A DNA stretch of 64,000 bases from an uncultured Chlorobiaceae bacterium (GCA_903865705.1 CAIPKT010000104.1:56444-120443), one strand, 5' to 3'. Shown: positions 19,849 to 30,331, counted from the stretch's first letter. Made by a program: numbers and translations. The notes: generated by a model not told the origin, from the letters alone.

Positions 19849-20136
19849 ATGCCTGTATTAGTCATCTACATAACAGCCGCGCTTCTCTTTCTCGCTGTAC
19901 TGCCTCTGCCTGCCGACTACTACGCTTTTCTGAGAATTGTTGCCGCAGGTACCTTTGCCTGGGGAGCGTACAAAAACTTTGAAAAGAAACTTTTTCTGCT
20001 TCCCCTGGCATACACCATGCTGGCCATACTTTACAATCCGGTCATGGAAATAAACATAGCAAAAGAAATAGCAATACCTATTGACCTGCTTGCCGCGGCA
20101 CTCCTGCTCTCGACAAAAAATCACATCGCTGAATAA
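19849..20136 (+). CDS. Small hydrophobic membrane protein, function unknown
   Basis: 95 aa with three hydrophobic segments; only an ORF-level call. Confidence 0.45.
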   Translation: MPVLVIYITAALLFLAVLPLPADYYAFLRIVAAGTFAWGAYKNFEKKLFLLPLAYTMLAILYNPVMEINIAKEIAIPIDLLAAALLLSTKNHIAE

Positions 20137-20156
20137 GTTATGCGATGCCGACAAAA

Positions 20157-20179
20157 CCGGGGCTATGCCTCAGCCCCGG
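20157..20179 (-). terminator. Hairpin downstream of the rubrerythrin gene
   Basis: ccggggct-atgcctc-agccccgg; on the minus strand it is followed by TTTTG. Confidence 0.45.
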
Positions 20180-20218
20180 ATAAAAATCAGACGGGATAGA
20201 TGAAGACTGGATTCCTTG

Positions 20219-20716
20219 CTAAACCTGAACATACTGGGATGATTTTGCGCCGCAGACAGGGCAGATTGCCGGTGGATTGCTGAGCTCAATATGACCGCAG
20301 AATGGACAGAGCCAAACCTCGGTTGCCGTGATATCCTGCCCGTTACGAACCGCTTCCAGTGCTTTTTTATACAGTTCGGAATGAACCCGCTCAGCCTTGA
20401 GCGCATAGGTAAACATCCGTTTTGCAGGATGCTTGTCGGCTTCAGCCTGCTCCAGCATCGGCGGATACATGGTGGTGTGCTCAAACGTTTCACCCCCGAT
20501 TGCGGCCTCAAGATTTTCGGCAGTTGAGCCTACTCCACCCAGAGCTTCAAAATGGCCTTCTGCATGAATGCGTTCAGCCTGGGCAGTGGTACGGAACAAC
20601 TTCGCAACATTAGCAAAACCCTTGCTTTCTGCTTCTTTTGCAAAAGCAAGATACTTCTGGTTCGCCTGACTCTCACCGGCAAATGCTTCTTTCAGATTCT
20701 CCTTAGTTGTAGCCAT
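20219..20716 (-). CDS. rbr: Rubrerythrin
   Basis: Ferritin-like diiron N-domain (ESQANQKYLAFA, EGHFE) plus a C-terminal rubredoxin-like CPFCG...CPVCG. Confidence 0.92.
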   Translation of the reverse strand: MATTKENLKEAFAGESQANQKYLAFAKEAESKGFANVAKLFRTTAQAERIHAEGHFEALGGVGSTAENLEAAIGGETFEHTTMYPPMLEQAEADKHPAKRMFTYALKAERVHSELYKKALEAVRNGQDITATEVWLCPFCGHIELSNPPAICPVCGAKSSQYVQV

Positions 20717-20760
20717 ATCTGTTCTCTATTTTTAAGTTATTTTAAAAAAGTCGGTTGCGG

Positions 20761-21351
20761 TTATGCCTCTTTCCAGTAATCGTATATCTTGATGACGAAT
20801 TCAGGCATCAAAAGGGCCAGGTTATCTGTATCGTCCTCTGTCAACTCATCGAAATCATCAGTTATTTGAGCAAGAATAAACATCGGCAGAACAAGCTGTG
20901 CTGTCTCTTCATCTTCGAGGAACGATTTCCATGAGGCATGTGCCAGTTCTATGCCAACAGTAAATCCCAGTGCCCAGTTTTCAACAGCTGCTCTTTTTTC
21001 CTCCTCATCGGCATAGCCAAATTGTTCAAAAACGGGAAAAAACTCATCCGGATCGGTATCAAATTGCAGAGCAATAGTGTTCATATGACGAATAAGGAAC
21101 TCCCGTATCTCGCATGCTTCTTCTTTTGAAGAAAAAGAGGGCACATTATCATTTTCCTGATCCCAGATAAAGGAAATCCAGCGGTCAGTGTCAACCGCTT
21201 CAGGCCCGACAATCAGAGCGGTCATATAACCATCAATCATCTCAATTGAAAACAAGCAATCTTCCGGAGTTGAGTCGGAGTCAAGAAAGCTCTCCAGTTT
21301 TTCAAGTTCTTCATCAGAAAGTGGTTTCAACGGCTGTTCAGATAGGCTCAT
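20761..21351 (-). CDS. UPF0149/YecA-family acidic protein
   Basis: 196 aa, highly acidic, with LSDEELEKLESFLDSD and IDGYMTALIVGPE patterns. Confidence 0.6.
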   Translation of the reverse strand: MSLSEQPLKPLSDEELEKLESFLDSDSTPEDCLFSIEMIDGYMTALIVGPEAVDTDRWISFIWDQENDNVPSFSSKEEACEIREFLIRHMNTIALQFDTDPDEFFPVFEQFGYADEEEKRAAVENWALGFTVGIELAHASWKSFLEDEETAQLVLPMFILAQITDDFDELTEDDTDNLALLMPEFVIKIYDYWKEA

Positions 21352-21571
21352 GACAATAAATTAGTTTACAATGGACAAAAAAAATGAATACCTCTCTGAC
21401 CGGTACTGCATGTTGCAGACAACACCCCTATAAAAAAAACAATTATTTCGCAGAAGAGTCGTTAATTTTACCGGAAAAGCGCTATAGGCTGATGAACTAA
21501 TATAACAAAATAGATTATATAGAAGCCCAGCCTGCCAAGGGCTACTTGTTCATTTTTTTAAAGACTTCGCC

Positions 21572-23278
21572 ATGTTCAAACCAAAATTATTTTCAATTCT
21601 GCCGGAACTTACCCCGGACCGGATAATGAAAGATGTCATTGCCGGTATTATGGTTGGTATTGTTGCCCTGCCTCTGGCGATAGCTTTTGCCATTGCATCC
21701 GGAGTTTCACCTGAAAAGGGCCTCATCACTGCCGTTGTCGGTGGTTTTCTTGTTTCATTTCTTGGAGGAAGCAGAGTGCAGATAGGAGGCCCGACAGGAG
21801 CTTTTATTGTGATCCTTTACGGGATTGTTCAGCAATATGGCATTAACGGTCTGGTACTGGCGACTATCATGTCGGGCATCATCCTCATGATCATGGGCTT
21901 TGCCCAATTTGGTTCACTGATCAAGTTTATCCCCTATCCGGTGATTGTCGGCTTTACCAGTGGCATTGCAGTCATTATTTTTTCCAGCCAGGTCAAGGAT
22001 TTTCTTGGTCTTGATATTGCTGTCGTTCCGGCAGATTTTATCGGCAAGTGGTCTTCTTACGCCCTTCACCTGGCATCGTTCAGCCCGACAAGTTTCATGA
22101 TCGGCACTCTTGCCCTCCTCATTATCCTGTTCTGGCCGAAAGTGTCACGAAAAATTCCCGGTTCCCTCATTGCGATTGTAGCAACAACCCTGATTGTACA
22201 ATACTTTCATCTTGATGTAGCCACCATTGAGTCTCGTTTTGGAGAGATCCCCTCCATGATTCCGGCGCCACAACTTCCCTGGTTTGATTTTGCCACCATC
22301 AGGCAACTCATTATGCCGGCAACCACCATTGCCCTGCTTGGTGCAATCGAAGCACTGCTTTCAGCCGTTGTGGCCGATGGCATGATCGGCAGCCGTCACA
22401 AGTCAAATATGGAACTGATAGCTCAGGGGGCGGCAAATATCATTACTCCCCTTTTCGGTGGCATACCGGTCACGGGAGCCATTGCGCGAACAGCAACCAA
22501 TGTCAAAAACGGCGGACGAACACCTATCGCAGGAATAGTTCACGCCATTACGCTGCTCCTGATCATGCTGCTTTTCGGCAAGTGGGCAAAGCTCATTCCG
22601 ATGCCCGCTCTGGCAGCAATCCTGATTATTGTGGCCTGGAATATGAGCGAAGTCAAGGTGTTCCAGCAACTCCTGAAAAGCCCCCGAAGCGATATTATTG
22701 TCCTGCTGACCACTTTCGGCCTGACCGTTGTCTTTGACCTTACACTCGCCATCGAAATAGGAATGCTGCTCGCCGTTATCCTCTTTATGCAGCGCATGGC
22801 ACAGCTTTCCAATGTCGGAGTCATTACAAAAGAGCTGACTGACCGCGATGAAGAGGATGACCCAAACACGATTGTGACCAGGAAAGTACCGGATGGTGTC
22901 GAGGTGTTTGAAATAAGCGGACCGTTTTTCTTTGGAGCTGCCAGCAAGTTCAGGGAAGCCATGCATATTGTTGAAAAAGCGCCAAAAGTCAGGATCATCA
23001 GAATGCGTAGCGTGCTTTCTATCGACGCAACAGGGCTCAATATGATGCGGGAGCTGCTCAAGGACTGCAAAAAAACAGAAACACGGCTTATCCTGTCAGG
23101 TGTTCATGCACAGCCCTTATTTGCTCTGCAGCAATACGGGCTGTACGATGAAATAGACGAAGAGAATATTTTCGGCAATATCGATGATGCTCTCGACCAT
23201 GCAAGAGAGATTCTCGGCCTGCCAAAACTGGGACGGCAACAAAACTTTGTGCCTACAGTTCAGCGTGAAAAGAGTTGA
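21572..23278 (+). CDS. SulP-family anion permease with a C-terminal STAS domain
   Basis: [25 protein letters not shown] start, many TM segments, and a STAS region ([18 protein letters not shown]...IDATGL). Confidence 0.92.
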   Translation: MFKPKLFSILPELTPDRIMKDVIAGIMVGIVALPLAIAFAIASGVSPEKGLITAVVGGFLVSFLGGSRVQIGGPTGAFIVILYGIVQQYGINGLVLATIMSGIILMIMGFAQFGSLIKFIPYPVIVGFTSGIAVIIFSSQVKDFLGLDIAVVPADFIGKWSSYALHLASFSPTSFMIGTLALLIILFWPKVSRKIPGSLIAIVATTLIVQYFHLDVATIESRFGEIPSMIPAPQLPWFDFATIRQLIMPATTIALLGAIEALLSAVVADGMIGSRHKSNMELIAQGAANIITPLFGGIPVTGAIARTATNVKNGGRTPIAGIVHAITLLLIMLLFGKWAKLIPMPALAAILIIVAWNMSEVKVFQQLLKSPRSDIIVLLTTFGLTVVFDLTLAIEIGMLLAVILFMQRMAQLSNVGVITKELTDRDEEDDPNTIVTRKVPDGVEVFEISGPFFFGAASKFREAMHIVEKAPKVRIIRMRSVLSIDATGLNMMRELLKDCKKTETRLILSGVHAQPLFALQQYGLYDEIDEENIFGNIDDALDHAREILGLPKLGRQQNFVPTVQREKS

Positions 23279-23280
23279 CC

Positions 23281-23523
23281 CTATTTTTTAGGCGTGCTGA
23301 CTGAAGAACCCTGAAATACTGATGTAACCGGAGGAACTGAAGCAACCTTGGTTGGCGCTTGACAGACAAGATCACAACCTGTTTTGACAAGAGGCTCAAT
23401 AATCTGGCCCACTGTTTTAACCGCTATGTTCAGCAGTTCAAAAGACTGCTGGGCAAGAGTGCCCAAGGTCTGGACGAAATTATTGACAGCAACCGAAAAA
23501 TCCTGGACTGAATCGTTTGACAT
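23281..23523 (-). CDS. Small protein, possibly chlorosome envelope protein CsmB/CsmF-like
   Basis: 80 aa; the amphipathic N-terminal pattern NNFVQTLGTLAQQSFELLNIAVKTVGQIIEPLV recalls CsmB/F. This is from memory only, so the assignment is tentative. Confidence 0.35.
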   Translation of the reverse strand: MSNDSVQDFSVAVNNFVQTLGTLAQQSFELLNIAVKTVGQIIEPLVKTGCDLVCQAPTKVASVPPVTSVFQGSSVSTPKK

Positions 23524-23852
23524 AATTGTTCCTCGTTATGATGATTGATTAGAAGAAATGGAAGTATCCATTGATTTACTACAGTTATAAGTCTTATAAA
23601 GTTACAAGATTTTCCACAACACCTCAATAAAAAATCTGCGAATTACCTTTCGCAGTAATTCTCCCTCGCTGATCACCTTTTATAAACGCCCCAGGTTACC
23701 AACGTTTTATTTTGTATAAAACCATTTTATCATAAATTATTCTTGAAAAATAAATAAATATCCTTACTATTTAAGATAAGCGCCGGTTTTCAATCAAAAA
23801 AGCAATCTTATAACGGCAACGGTTTTTTTAAGCGCAAAGGAGCATTGAAACT

Positions 23853-24161
23853 ATGAAACATTCATTACGTCCGCTCGGAAAGGTCTTACAGCTTCTCGAA
23901 GAGCTCGGCCATGAAGTAACCTATGCCTATGATGATCTCGTTTTTGTCAACGACAACGATTTTCTGCTTCAGTTTGAAAATGCGTGCCCGACACTGAACC
24001 TCTTCTTCAACCAGAGCTGCCTAAAAAATAATGCGGATAACATTGAGCAGAGCATCATACCCGCTGCTGACAAAAAAGGGCTTTCAATTGTAAAAAAGGG
24101 CACCTACACCGTCACGGAGCAAGCCGATGAAAACCTTCAGATAGAATTTTTCAGCAACTGA
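23853..24161 (+). CDS. Hypothetical protein
   Basis: 102-aa ORF with an AGGAG-like site upstream; no recognisable motif. Confidence 0.5.
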   Translation: MKHSLRPLGKVLQLLEELGHEVTYAYDDLVFVNDNDFLLQFENACPTLNLFFNQSCLKNNADNIEQSIIPAADKKGLSIVKKGTYTVTEQADENLQIEFFSN

Positions 24162-24259
24162 GACGGTTTTACTACATTACTCTTCAATGATCGGGCGCTC
24201 CCCACAAAGGAGGTTCTGAGGGTCCATTAAAACCATAGGTGTTTTTTCATCAGAGAGTT

Positions 24260-24703
24260 ATGAAATATTCAGAAGCGAGACAGGGAAGAGTCTTTGTTAT
24301 CAGGCTTGAAGACGGAGAGATAGTCCACGAAAAAATTGAGCAGTTTGTGCAAGATCATGCAATTGAACGGGCAACGCTTTTTGCTGTTGGTGGTGCGGAC
24401 AAGGGCAGTCTGCTTGTTGTCGGACCCGAAGAGAGCCGGTCAAATCCGATCAATCCAATGACGCATGAACTCTACGACGCTCACGAAATTACCGGCAGCG
24501 GAACGCTTTTTCCTGATGATAAGGGCAAACCGATACTGCATATGCACATGGCATGCGGGAGGGAGGAAAACACCGTCACCGGCTGCATCAGGAACGGTGT
24601 AAAGGTATGGCAGGTGATGGAAATCATCCTGACTGAGCTGCTTGAGAACACTGCAACCCGTCAGTATGATCCCAATACCGGCTTTAAACTGCTTGAGCCC
24701 TGA
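24260..24703 (+). CDS. PPC (DUF296) domain protein
   Basis: GRVFVIRLEDGEIVHEKIEQF...ATLFAVGG and ILHMHM patterns. The ATG at 24260 is preferred over the GTG at 24239. Confidence 0.65.
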   Translation: MKYSEARQGRVFVIRLEDGEIVHEKIEQFVQDHAIERATLFAVGGADKGSLLVVGPEESRSNPINPMTHELYDAHEITGSGTLFPDDKGKPILHMHMACGREENTVTGCIRNGVKVWQVMEIILTELLENTATRQYDPNTGFKLLEP

Positions 24704-24719
24704 AAAGAGGGGACGATAT

Positions 24720-25976
24720 CTATCGCCCGTTGCGAGGTTTTTCTGACCACCCTCTCGACGAACTCCTTGCAGGAGGTTTTGGCCCCGGATGGCCTGAGTT
24801 TCCTCTTCCCTGCTGCTTGGGAGCCTTTACCGGATTGTGATCCAGCAAAGGGAATGAGTGATCGTCGTTAACAGGTATTTTTTTGGCGATCAGTTTTTCA
24901 ATATCGCGCAGGTACTCTTTCTCTTCGGCATCACAAAACGAAAGCGCAGTCCCCTTTGCCCCGGCCCTTCCCGTTCGCCCGATACGATGGACATAAGTTT
25001 CGGCAATATTGGGCATTTCAAAATTGATAACATACTCAAGATCATCAACATCAATACCACGGGCAGCTATATCGGTAGCCACCAGAACACGCGTCTTCTG
25101 TGCCTTGAAATTAAGGAGAGCTCGCTGACGGGCATTTTGCGCCTTATTGCCATGTATCGCTTCTGCCTTAATGTTGTGCCTGTCGAGAATTTTAACAACT
25201 TTGTCGGCACCGTGCTTTGTACGCGTAAAAACCAGTGCTGTTTTGATTTTCTGATCCTGTAAAATATCGACCAGCAGGCTGTTTTTATTTCCTTTGTCGA
25301 CAAAGTAGATCGATTGATTGATAATCTCTACCGTTGACGAAACTGGCGTTACCGAGACCTTTGAGGGGTTGTGCAGAATGGTTGCGGCAAGCCTGACAAT
25401 TTCGGCCGGCATCGTAGCAGAAAAGAAAAGCGACTGCCTCTGCTTTGGAAGCACGCTCAATAATTTTCTGATATCGTGAATAAAACCCATATCGAGCATA
25501 CGGTCAGCTTCATCAAGCACCAGTATTTCGACATGGCGCAAACTCAAAAAGCCCTGGTTCAAAAGATCGAGCAACCGCCCCGGTGTAGCAATAACGATAT
25601 CAACACCCCGAATCAATGCGGATGTTTGCGGGTTCTGATTAACACCACCAAAAATAACCGTATTGGTCAAGCCTGTATGCCGGCCATAGGCATTAAAACT
25701 TTCACCGATCTGAATGGCCAGTTCTCGCGTCGGAGTAACGATCAGGCTCCGAATTTTTCGCTTTTTATCATAAACCTTGTTTTCACTCAAGAGTTGCAGG
25801 ATGGGAATAGCAAACGCAGCCGTTTTCCCTGTTCCTGTCTGTGCACAGCCAAGCAAGTCTGTACCTTGCAAAATAATGGGTATGGCTTCTGACTGAATCG
25901 GAGTAGGAGTCGTATAACCCTCTTCCTGCAATGCTTGCAAAATTGGTTCAATGATGTCTAATGACTGAAATTCCAT
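24720..25976 (-). CDS. DEAD-box ATP-dependent RNA helicase (RhlE-like) with a basic C-terminal tail
   Basis: Q-motif [19 protein letters not shown] and [10 protein letters not shown]. Start MEFQSLDI at 25976; the track's 31-aa N-terminal extension looks spurious. Confidence 0.93.
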   Translation of the reverse strand: MEFQSLDIIEPILQALQEEGYTTPTPIQSEAIPIILQGTDLLGCAQTGTGKTAAFAIPILQLLSENKVYDKKRKIRSLIVTPTRELAIQIGESFNAYGRHTGLTNTVIFGGVNQNPQTSALIRGVDIVIATPGRLLDLLNQGFLSLRHVEILVLDEADRMLDMGFIHDIRKLLSVLPKQRQSLFFSATMPAEIVRLAATILHNPSKVSVTPVSSTVEIINQSIYFVDKGNKNSLLVDILQDQKIKTALVFTRTKHGADKVVKILDRHNIKAEAIHGNKAQNARQRALLNFKAQKTRVLVATDIAARGIDVDDLEYVINFEMPNIAETYVHRIGRTGRAGAKGTALSFCDAEEKEYLRDIEKLIAKKIPVNDDHSFPLLDHNPVKAPKQQGRGNSGHPGPKPPARSSSRGWSEKPRNGR

Positions 25977-26274
25977 GTGTACGTATGTAATTGTTGAACA
26001 GTTCTTTATGAGAGCAACGAATATGCATGAAATGCTCTGCACCTCAAGCACGCGCGCCCGTAAAGCCACGGATTAAATCATTGCATCTCTATGCAAAAGA
26101 GAGCAAACCGGGCTATCTGTAAAATGCGGGGATGTTATTTTATTATGTTAGCCGTAAAAAGCGCTTTGTCGGGGCGGGATGTATCGCTAACGGTACCACA
26201 AAATCAGATCAAATTCAATATAGCGATTCCATTCGGATTACAGCACCCTGCTTTACAATAGATTTCAAAAAGAT

Positions 26275-27024
26275 TTAGGGTTGAGTGGAAACCCAGTCCG
26301 GCACATATTTCCAGGCACTCTTCATTTCCTGATTGTTGGTGTGGCACAAGGGATCATGCTCATGAACCAGCGACCAGAATGCCCGAGAATGATTCATGTG
26401 CACTGTATGGCAAAGCTCATGCACCATGATGTAGCGGACAAGATGCTCGGGCAGAAAAAGCAGCTTGCTGTTCAGGGTTATCGAACGACGCGATGAGCAA
26501 CTCCCCCACCGGGAGTGCTGCAAGCGAATACCGGCAGCATCATAACTGAAAGCATGCGCAGCTGCAAGTTTTTCAAGAGCGGGAAGAAGATGCACTTGAG
26601 CCCGGCGCTTCAACCAGGAACAGAGCAGCCTGCACGAGAGCGCTGTGTCGGCAACATCACCTGAAACAAGCAGACGGTTGCCTTCTCGCTCAACCATCTC
26701 CACCTCCCCGCTTCCGGCAGGCGAATAGGCAACCGACCATGATTCAGCAAAATCAGGAAAAACAATAGTGGCTGGCAATCCGTTTTCAGAGAGAGGCGGC
26801 GAGGCTTGGCGATGGGCATCAAATTTTGCTGTAACTTTTTTTATCCACTCCTCATGATGAAGCAGCATCAATGCAATCTTTTTTTTATCGAATCCCGGAG
26901 GGATAACCACCACAAGGCCGCCATGCGGCGTCATTTTCAGACGGGCTGACTTCGCCCTCGGATTCACCTTCAGGGTATAGGGAAATGGAGCACTACCCGT
27001 TGGGGCAACTGGACGCATATTCAT
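26275..27024 (-). CDS. YgjP/DUF45-type (M48-like) zinc metallopeptidase
   Basis: HELCHTVHMNHSRAFW motif near the C-terminus. Confidence 0.75.
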   Translation of the reverse strand: MNMRPVAPTGSAPFPYTLKVNPRAKSARLKMTPHGGLVVVIPPGFDKKKIALMLLHHEEWIKKVTAKFDAHRQASPPLSENGLPATIVFPDFAESWSVAYSPAGSGEVEMVEREGNRLLVSGDVADTALSCRLLCSWLKRRAQVHLLPALEKLAAAHAFSYDAAGIRLQHSRWGSCSSRRSITLNSKLLFLPEHLVRYIMVHELCHTVHMNHSRAFWSLVHEHDPLCHTNNQEMKSAWKYVPDWVSTQP

Positions 27025-27079
27025 GCCATAATGTAGTGAACTGCTTCGAACAATGCACGCTCAGACTAAAGAATCAGCT

Positions 27080-28216
27080 TCAGCCAAGCGCTATCCGAAG
27101 ATCCTCAATAAGGTCATTACCATCTTCGATACCTACCGAGAGTCGGATAATGGTGTCCGTGATTCCTGCAGCCTCACGGTGTTCCTGATCCATTGAAGCG
27201 TGGCTCATGGTTGCCGGATGCTCTATCAACGATTCAACACCACCAAGGCTTTCGGCCAGAGCAAAAAGCTTTGTACCCTTCAAAACCCGGTTGACATCTT
27301 CAATGGTGCCATCAAGTTCAAAAGAGACCATACCACCGAAGCTCCGCTGCTGTTTTTTTGCCAGCTCATGCTGCGGATGCGCCGGAAGACCGGGATAAAA
27401 AACCCGCTTTACCTTTGTATGCTTCTCCAAAAACTCCGCCACCGCCTGCGCATTACGCTCATGCTCCCTCATACGAACCACAAGGGTCTTGATACCGCGA
27501 AGCACCAGCCAGCAATCGAAAGGCTGGGCACAGGTACCAAGCGCATTGACGATAAACTTCAGGCGGGCATCAAGATCTTCACTGTTCGAAAGCACCGCAC
27601 CGCCAACCACATCGGAGTGGCCGTTGAGGTACTTTGTGGTCGAATGCACCACAATATCGGCTCCAAGCTCAAACGGCTTCTGACCGTAAGGAGAAAGAAA
27701 GGTATTATCGACAATGGTCAAAAGCCCACGCTCCTTTGCAAGTGATGCAACCTCCGCAATATCGACAAGGTTCAGAAGCGGATTGGACGGTGTTTCAACC
27801 CATACCGCTTTCGTCTTCTCATTCACAAAAGGCAAAAGATTTGCTGCTTCCTGCAGGTTTACAAAATGCACCTTGATATTAAAATGCTCCTCAACCGTCT
27901 TCATCAGCCGCGACGTACCGCCATAGCAGTCATCGGTGCAAATGATCTCGTCACCGGATTTAAAAATATTGAGGGTCGAGGTAATGGCCGCCATACCGGT
28001 CGTTACCGCAACAGCAAAAGAACACCCTTCAAGAGCGCAAAGGTTATCTTCGAGCGCCTTGCGTGTCGGGTTGCCGCTCCGGGTATAATCAAATCCCTTG
28101 TGCTTGCCGATATCCTCAAAAACAAAGGTAGAACTCTGGTAAATCGGGGTCATGATGGCGCCATAGGCCTTGTCGGGGCCTACTCCTGCGTGAATCGTAT
28201 CAGTCTGAAAACTCAT
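27080..28216 (-). CDS. PLP-dependent Cys/Met metabolism enzyme (cystathionine gamma-synthase/beta-lyase/methionine gamma-lyase family)
   Basis: Start MSFQTDTIHAGV, STTKYLNGHSD with the PLP lysine, and a C-terminal RLSVGIED. The track's 52-aa upstream extension runs into the riboswitch terminator and was rejected. Confidence 0.9.
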   Translation of the reverse strand: MSFQTDTIHAGVGPDKAYGAIMTPIYQSSTFVFEDIGKHKGFDYTRSGNPTRKALEDNLCALEGCSFAVAVTTGMAAITSTLNIFKSGDEIICTDDCYGGTSRLMKTVEEHFNIKVHFVNLQEAANLLPFVNEKTKAVWVETPSNPLLNLVDIAEVASLAKERGLLTIVDNTFLSPYGQKPFELGADIVVHSTTKYLNGHSDVVGGAVLSNSEDLDARLKFIVNALGTCAQPFDCWLVLRGIKTLVVRMREHERNAQAVAEFLEKHTKVKRVFYPGLPAHPQHELAKKQQRSFGGMVSFELDGTIEDVNRVLKGTKLFALAESLGGVESLIEHPATMSHASMDQEHREAAGITDTIIRLSVGIEDGNDLIEDLRIALG

Positions 28217-28240
28217 GAATACCTCGTTTAATAAATTAAC

Positions 28241-28285
28241 AATAAATAAAAAAACCTCTTCCCTGACGAGCATGGAAGAGGTTTT
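28241..28285 (-). terminator. Intrinsic terminator; expression platform of the SAM-I riboswitch
   Basis: Minus strand aaacctcttcc-atgctcgtcagg-gaagaggttt followed by TTTTTTATTT, about 25 nt upstream of the CDS start. Confidence 0.7.
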
Positions 28286-28384
28286 AATGAAACTCTGTTT
28301 TCGGTATGGTATGGGCCAAAAGTCGCCATACCTGTTTTGAAAAGAGAAGCATAAAAGCTCTTTTTCACGCATCGTTCTTCTGCT

Positions 28385-28509
28385 TCATCCAGGTGAAAAA
28401 CCAGGACGCATAGAGCACAAAAGTAGAATGTGGCACCGTGTTCCGCCTGTTAAACGGAGTCGGTTGTCAAGGCTTCACCGGGTCTATTCCCTCAGCCTTT
28501 CTTGATGAC
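28385..28509 (-). promoter_or_regulatory. SAM-I (S-box) riboswitch aptamer
   Basis: Minus strand reads TCATCAAGAAAGGCTGAGGGAATAGACCCGGTGAAGCCTTGACAACC...CACGGTGCCACATTCTAC...GGATGA. It matches the conserved S-box core (ATCAAGAG-GGC-GAGGGA-GGCCCGATGAAGCC-GCAACC...GGTGC-AATTC) with P1 TCATC/GATGA. Confidence 0.85.
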
Positions 28510-28701
28510 CATCAATGGATAAAGAACGTAATAACGATTGTTAATGTAAGATTTCAGAACGAATAATGCAAATTATGCCGATACTCCATGACCTTTTTTT
28601 GTATGATCATTCATCAATATTTTTTTGGTTTTCGCCCCCATTTGCTCAGCAAATTCGGAAAATCTCATTAACATGCAATAAGTTGCCTGTCACAAAAAGA
28701 A

Positions 28702-28903
28702 TTGGAGAACAAGATAAAATTCAGTGTAACAATCAATCGAGATGAAGATGGAGTCTGGATTGTAGAGTGTCCGAGCATAAATACCACCTCAACTTCCCGT
28801 GATCAGTGGATGCGAAGTTGTTCGTGTTTTTGATACATTAAGAACTCTTATTCGCGCTGCGGGATTGACTGTTGCTGAATTTGTTGACACGTTACGCAAA
28901 TAA
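28702..28903 (+). pseudogene. Decayed hicB-hicA toxin-antitoxin remnant
   Basis: Frame 1 reads (L)ENKIKFSVTINRDEDGVWIVECPSI (HicB N-terminus), then breaks. Another frame reads IPPQLPVISGCEVVRVF joined directly to DTLRTLIRAAGLTVAEFVDTLRK*, that is HicA N- and C-terminal pieces with the middle deleted. Confidence 0.65.
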
Positions 28904-28956
28904 ATGTCAAGCAAGCCGCTTCATGACGCTTTTTTTGTAAGGCTTAAAACAAATCC

Positions 28957-29670
28957 ATGTCCTTATATTCCGAATTTGCAGGTTGGTATGAGCAAGTGTT
29001 TCCATTCCGTGAGGAAGTCTATCTTTTTCTGCGTGAACATGCTATTCCTCCCGGAAGCGCGGTGCTCGATGCAGGATGCGGGCCGGGTCACTATTGTAGC
29101 CGGTTTCATCTCGACGGCTTTCAGGCAACAGGAATTGATCTTGACTCACAGATGATTGCGGCTGCAGCGGCAACCTCACCTTCGGTTTCATTTCAAGCAA
29201 TGGACATTGCCGAACTGGCCGCCCTGAAGCAATCATTCAGGTTGATTTATTCCATCGGAAATGTTGTAGCCCACCTTTCGCCTGACCGGTTTTCCGACTT
29301 TCTCGCCCAGGTTCATGCCGCTCTTGAGCCCGGGGGATGCTGGATATTTCAAACCGTAAACTGGGACTATCTGCTCAGGTTCACCGAATACTCCTTTCCC
29401 GTCAAAACCGTAGGTGAGGGTTCAGTCTCCTTTCATCGCCGCTATCTCAATATGTCGCCTGAACAGGTAATTTTTCAGGTCGAACTTCAGGCTGACAACC
29501 AGAAGATTTTCAATGACCAGGCAATACTCTATCCGCTTACCGCCGACGGCTACCTTCAACGCCATGAGGCTGCGGGCTTCTTACTGGAGGGCACCTATAG
29601 CGGATTCGATAAAAAAACGTTCAGTCGCGAGCAGAACTCCGGCCTTGTCATGGTGTTCACAAAACGTTGA
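28957..29670 (+). CDS. Class I SAM-dependent methyltransferase
   Basis: VLDAGCGPGHY (motif I), and GGCWIFQTVN. Confidence 0.8.
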   Translation: MSLYSEFAGWYEQVFPFREEVYLFLREHAIPPGSAVLDAGCGPGHYCSRFHLDGFQATGIDLDSQMIAAAAATSPSVSFQAMDIAELAALKQSFRLIYSIGNVVAHLSPDRFSDFLAQVHAALEPGGCWIFQTVNWDYLLRFTEYSFPVKTVGEGSVSFHRRYLNMSPEQVIFQVELQADNQKIFNDQAILYPLTADGYLQRHEAAGFLLEGTYSGFDKKTFSREQNSGLVMVFTKR

Positions 29671-29718
29671 GGTGATATGCTCCCCATTAGCTTATGATTT
29701 TACTTTGAAAGATCAAGC

Positions 29719-29943
29719 TCATGCTTGAAGAAAATCATCAACCGTGACCTGTGCCTGTTTCAAGATAGCCCTCAAAGTCCCCTCTGGCATATCTCCCGGA
29801 TGATTCGGGATAGTAGTAAAAATCTTTCTGACAGGATGATACCAGAGTTCATGGCTCCCGGATGCCTGCCTGTAAAATTCAAAGCCGAATTTTTTCAGTT
29901 TCCTGACAATATCCCGATATGAATGATTCGCAAGCCTCCCCAT
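29719..29943 (-). CDS. hicA: HicA-family mRNA interferase toxin
   Basis: YRDIVRKLKKFGFEFYRQASGSHELWYHP...GTLRAILKQAQVTVDDF. Confidence 0.85.
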   Translation of the reverse strand: MGRLANHSYRDIVRKLKKFGFEFYRQASGSHELWYHPVRKIFTTIPNHPGDMPEGTLRAILKQAQVTVDDFLQA

Positions 29944-30167
29944 TATAAGCCTACGATTAACGGGTAATCAAAAGATTCCTGGACAAAGAGAAGCTTTTTT
30001 TCCGGCTCCTGACCTGCTTCAAGAAGCATTTTAGCTACATCACGAGCAATCTCAAGAGTTTCACTGATCGTTCTCCCCTGTGCTACAAGGCCCTGCAAGG
30101 TATCGGAAGTCGCCAGATAAACACCCTCCGGCAGCTTTTCAATATGAATGGTAATAATTGTTTCCAT
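29943..30167 (-). CDS. hicB: HicB-family (UPF0150) antitoxin
   Basis: Start METIITIHIEKLPEGVYLATSDTLQGLVAQGRTISETLEIARD. Its stop overlaps the hicA start by 1 nt. The track's 35-aa extension was rejected. Confidence 0.8.
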   Translation of the reverse strand: METIITIHIEKLPEGVYLATSDTLQGLVAQGRTISETLEIARDVAKMLLEAGQEPEKKLLFVQESFDYPLIVGL

Positions 30168-30331
30168 ATCAGTAGAATATTCAAAATGTTGGTGTATGGT
30201 TACAATACAACAAGTTTCGCAATTTTCATCAGCGTAGAACCACCTTAGGTGGTCGGTGTTGCACACGTCCATACGTTAGCTGAAGAAAGCCTGCATTGTG
30301 GCTGATCTGTATCCCGAACCTCCTGAGGATA

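Noticed and set aside
28217-28372. N-terminal 52-codon extension of the MetB/MetC-family ORF
   Set aside because: It runs through the riboswitch terminator hairpin. The conserved protein begins at MSFQTDTIHAGV (28216).
28520-28700. Search for an attL-type repeat of the ssrA 3' end at the far side of the toxin-antitoxin islet
   Set aside because: No convincing match to ggcgggattcgaacccgc or its neighbourhood was seen by eye. The islet is therefore reported only as accessory content, not as a bounded integrative element.
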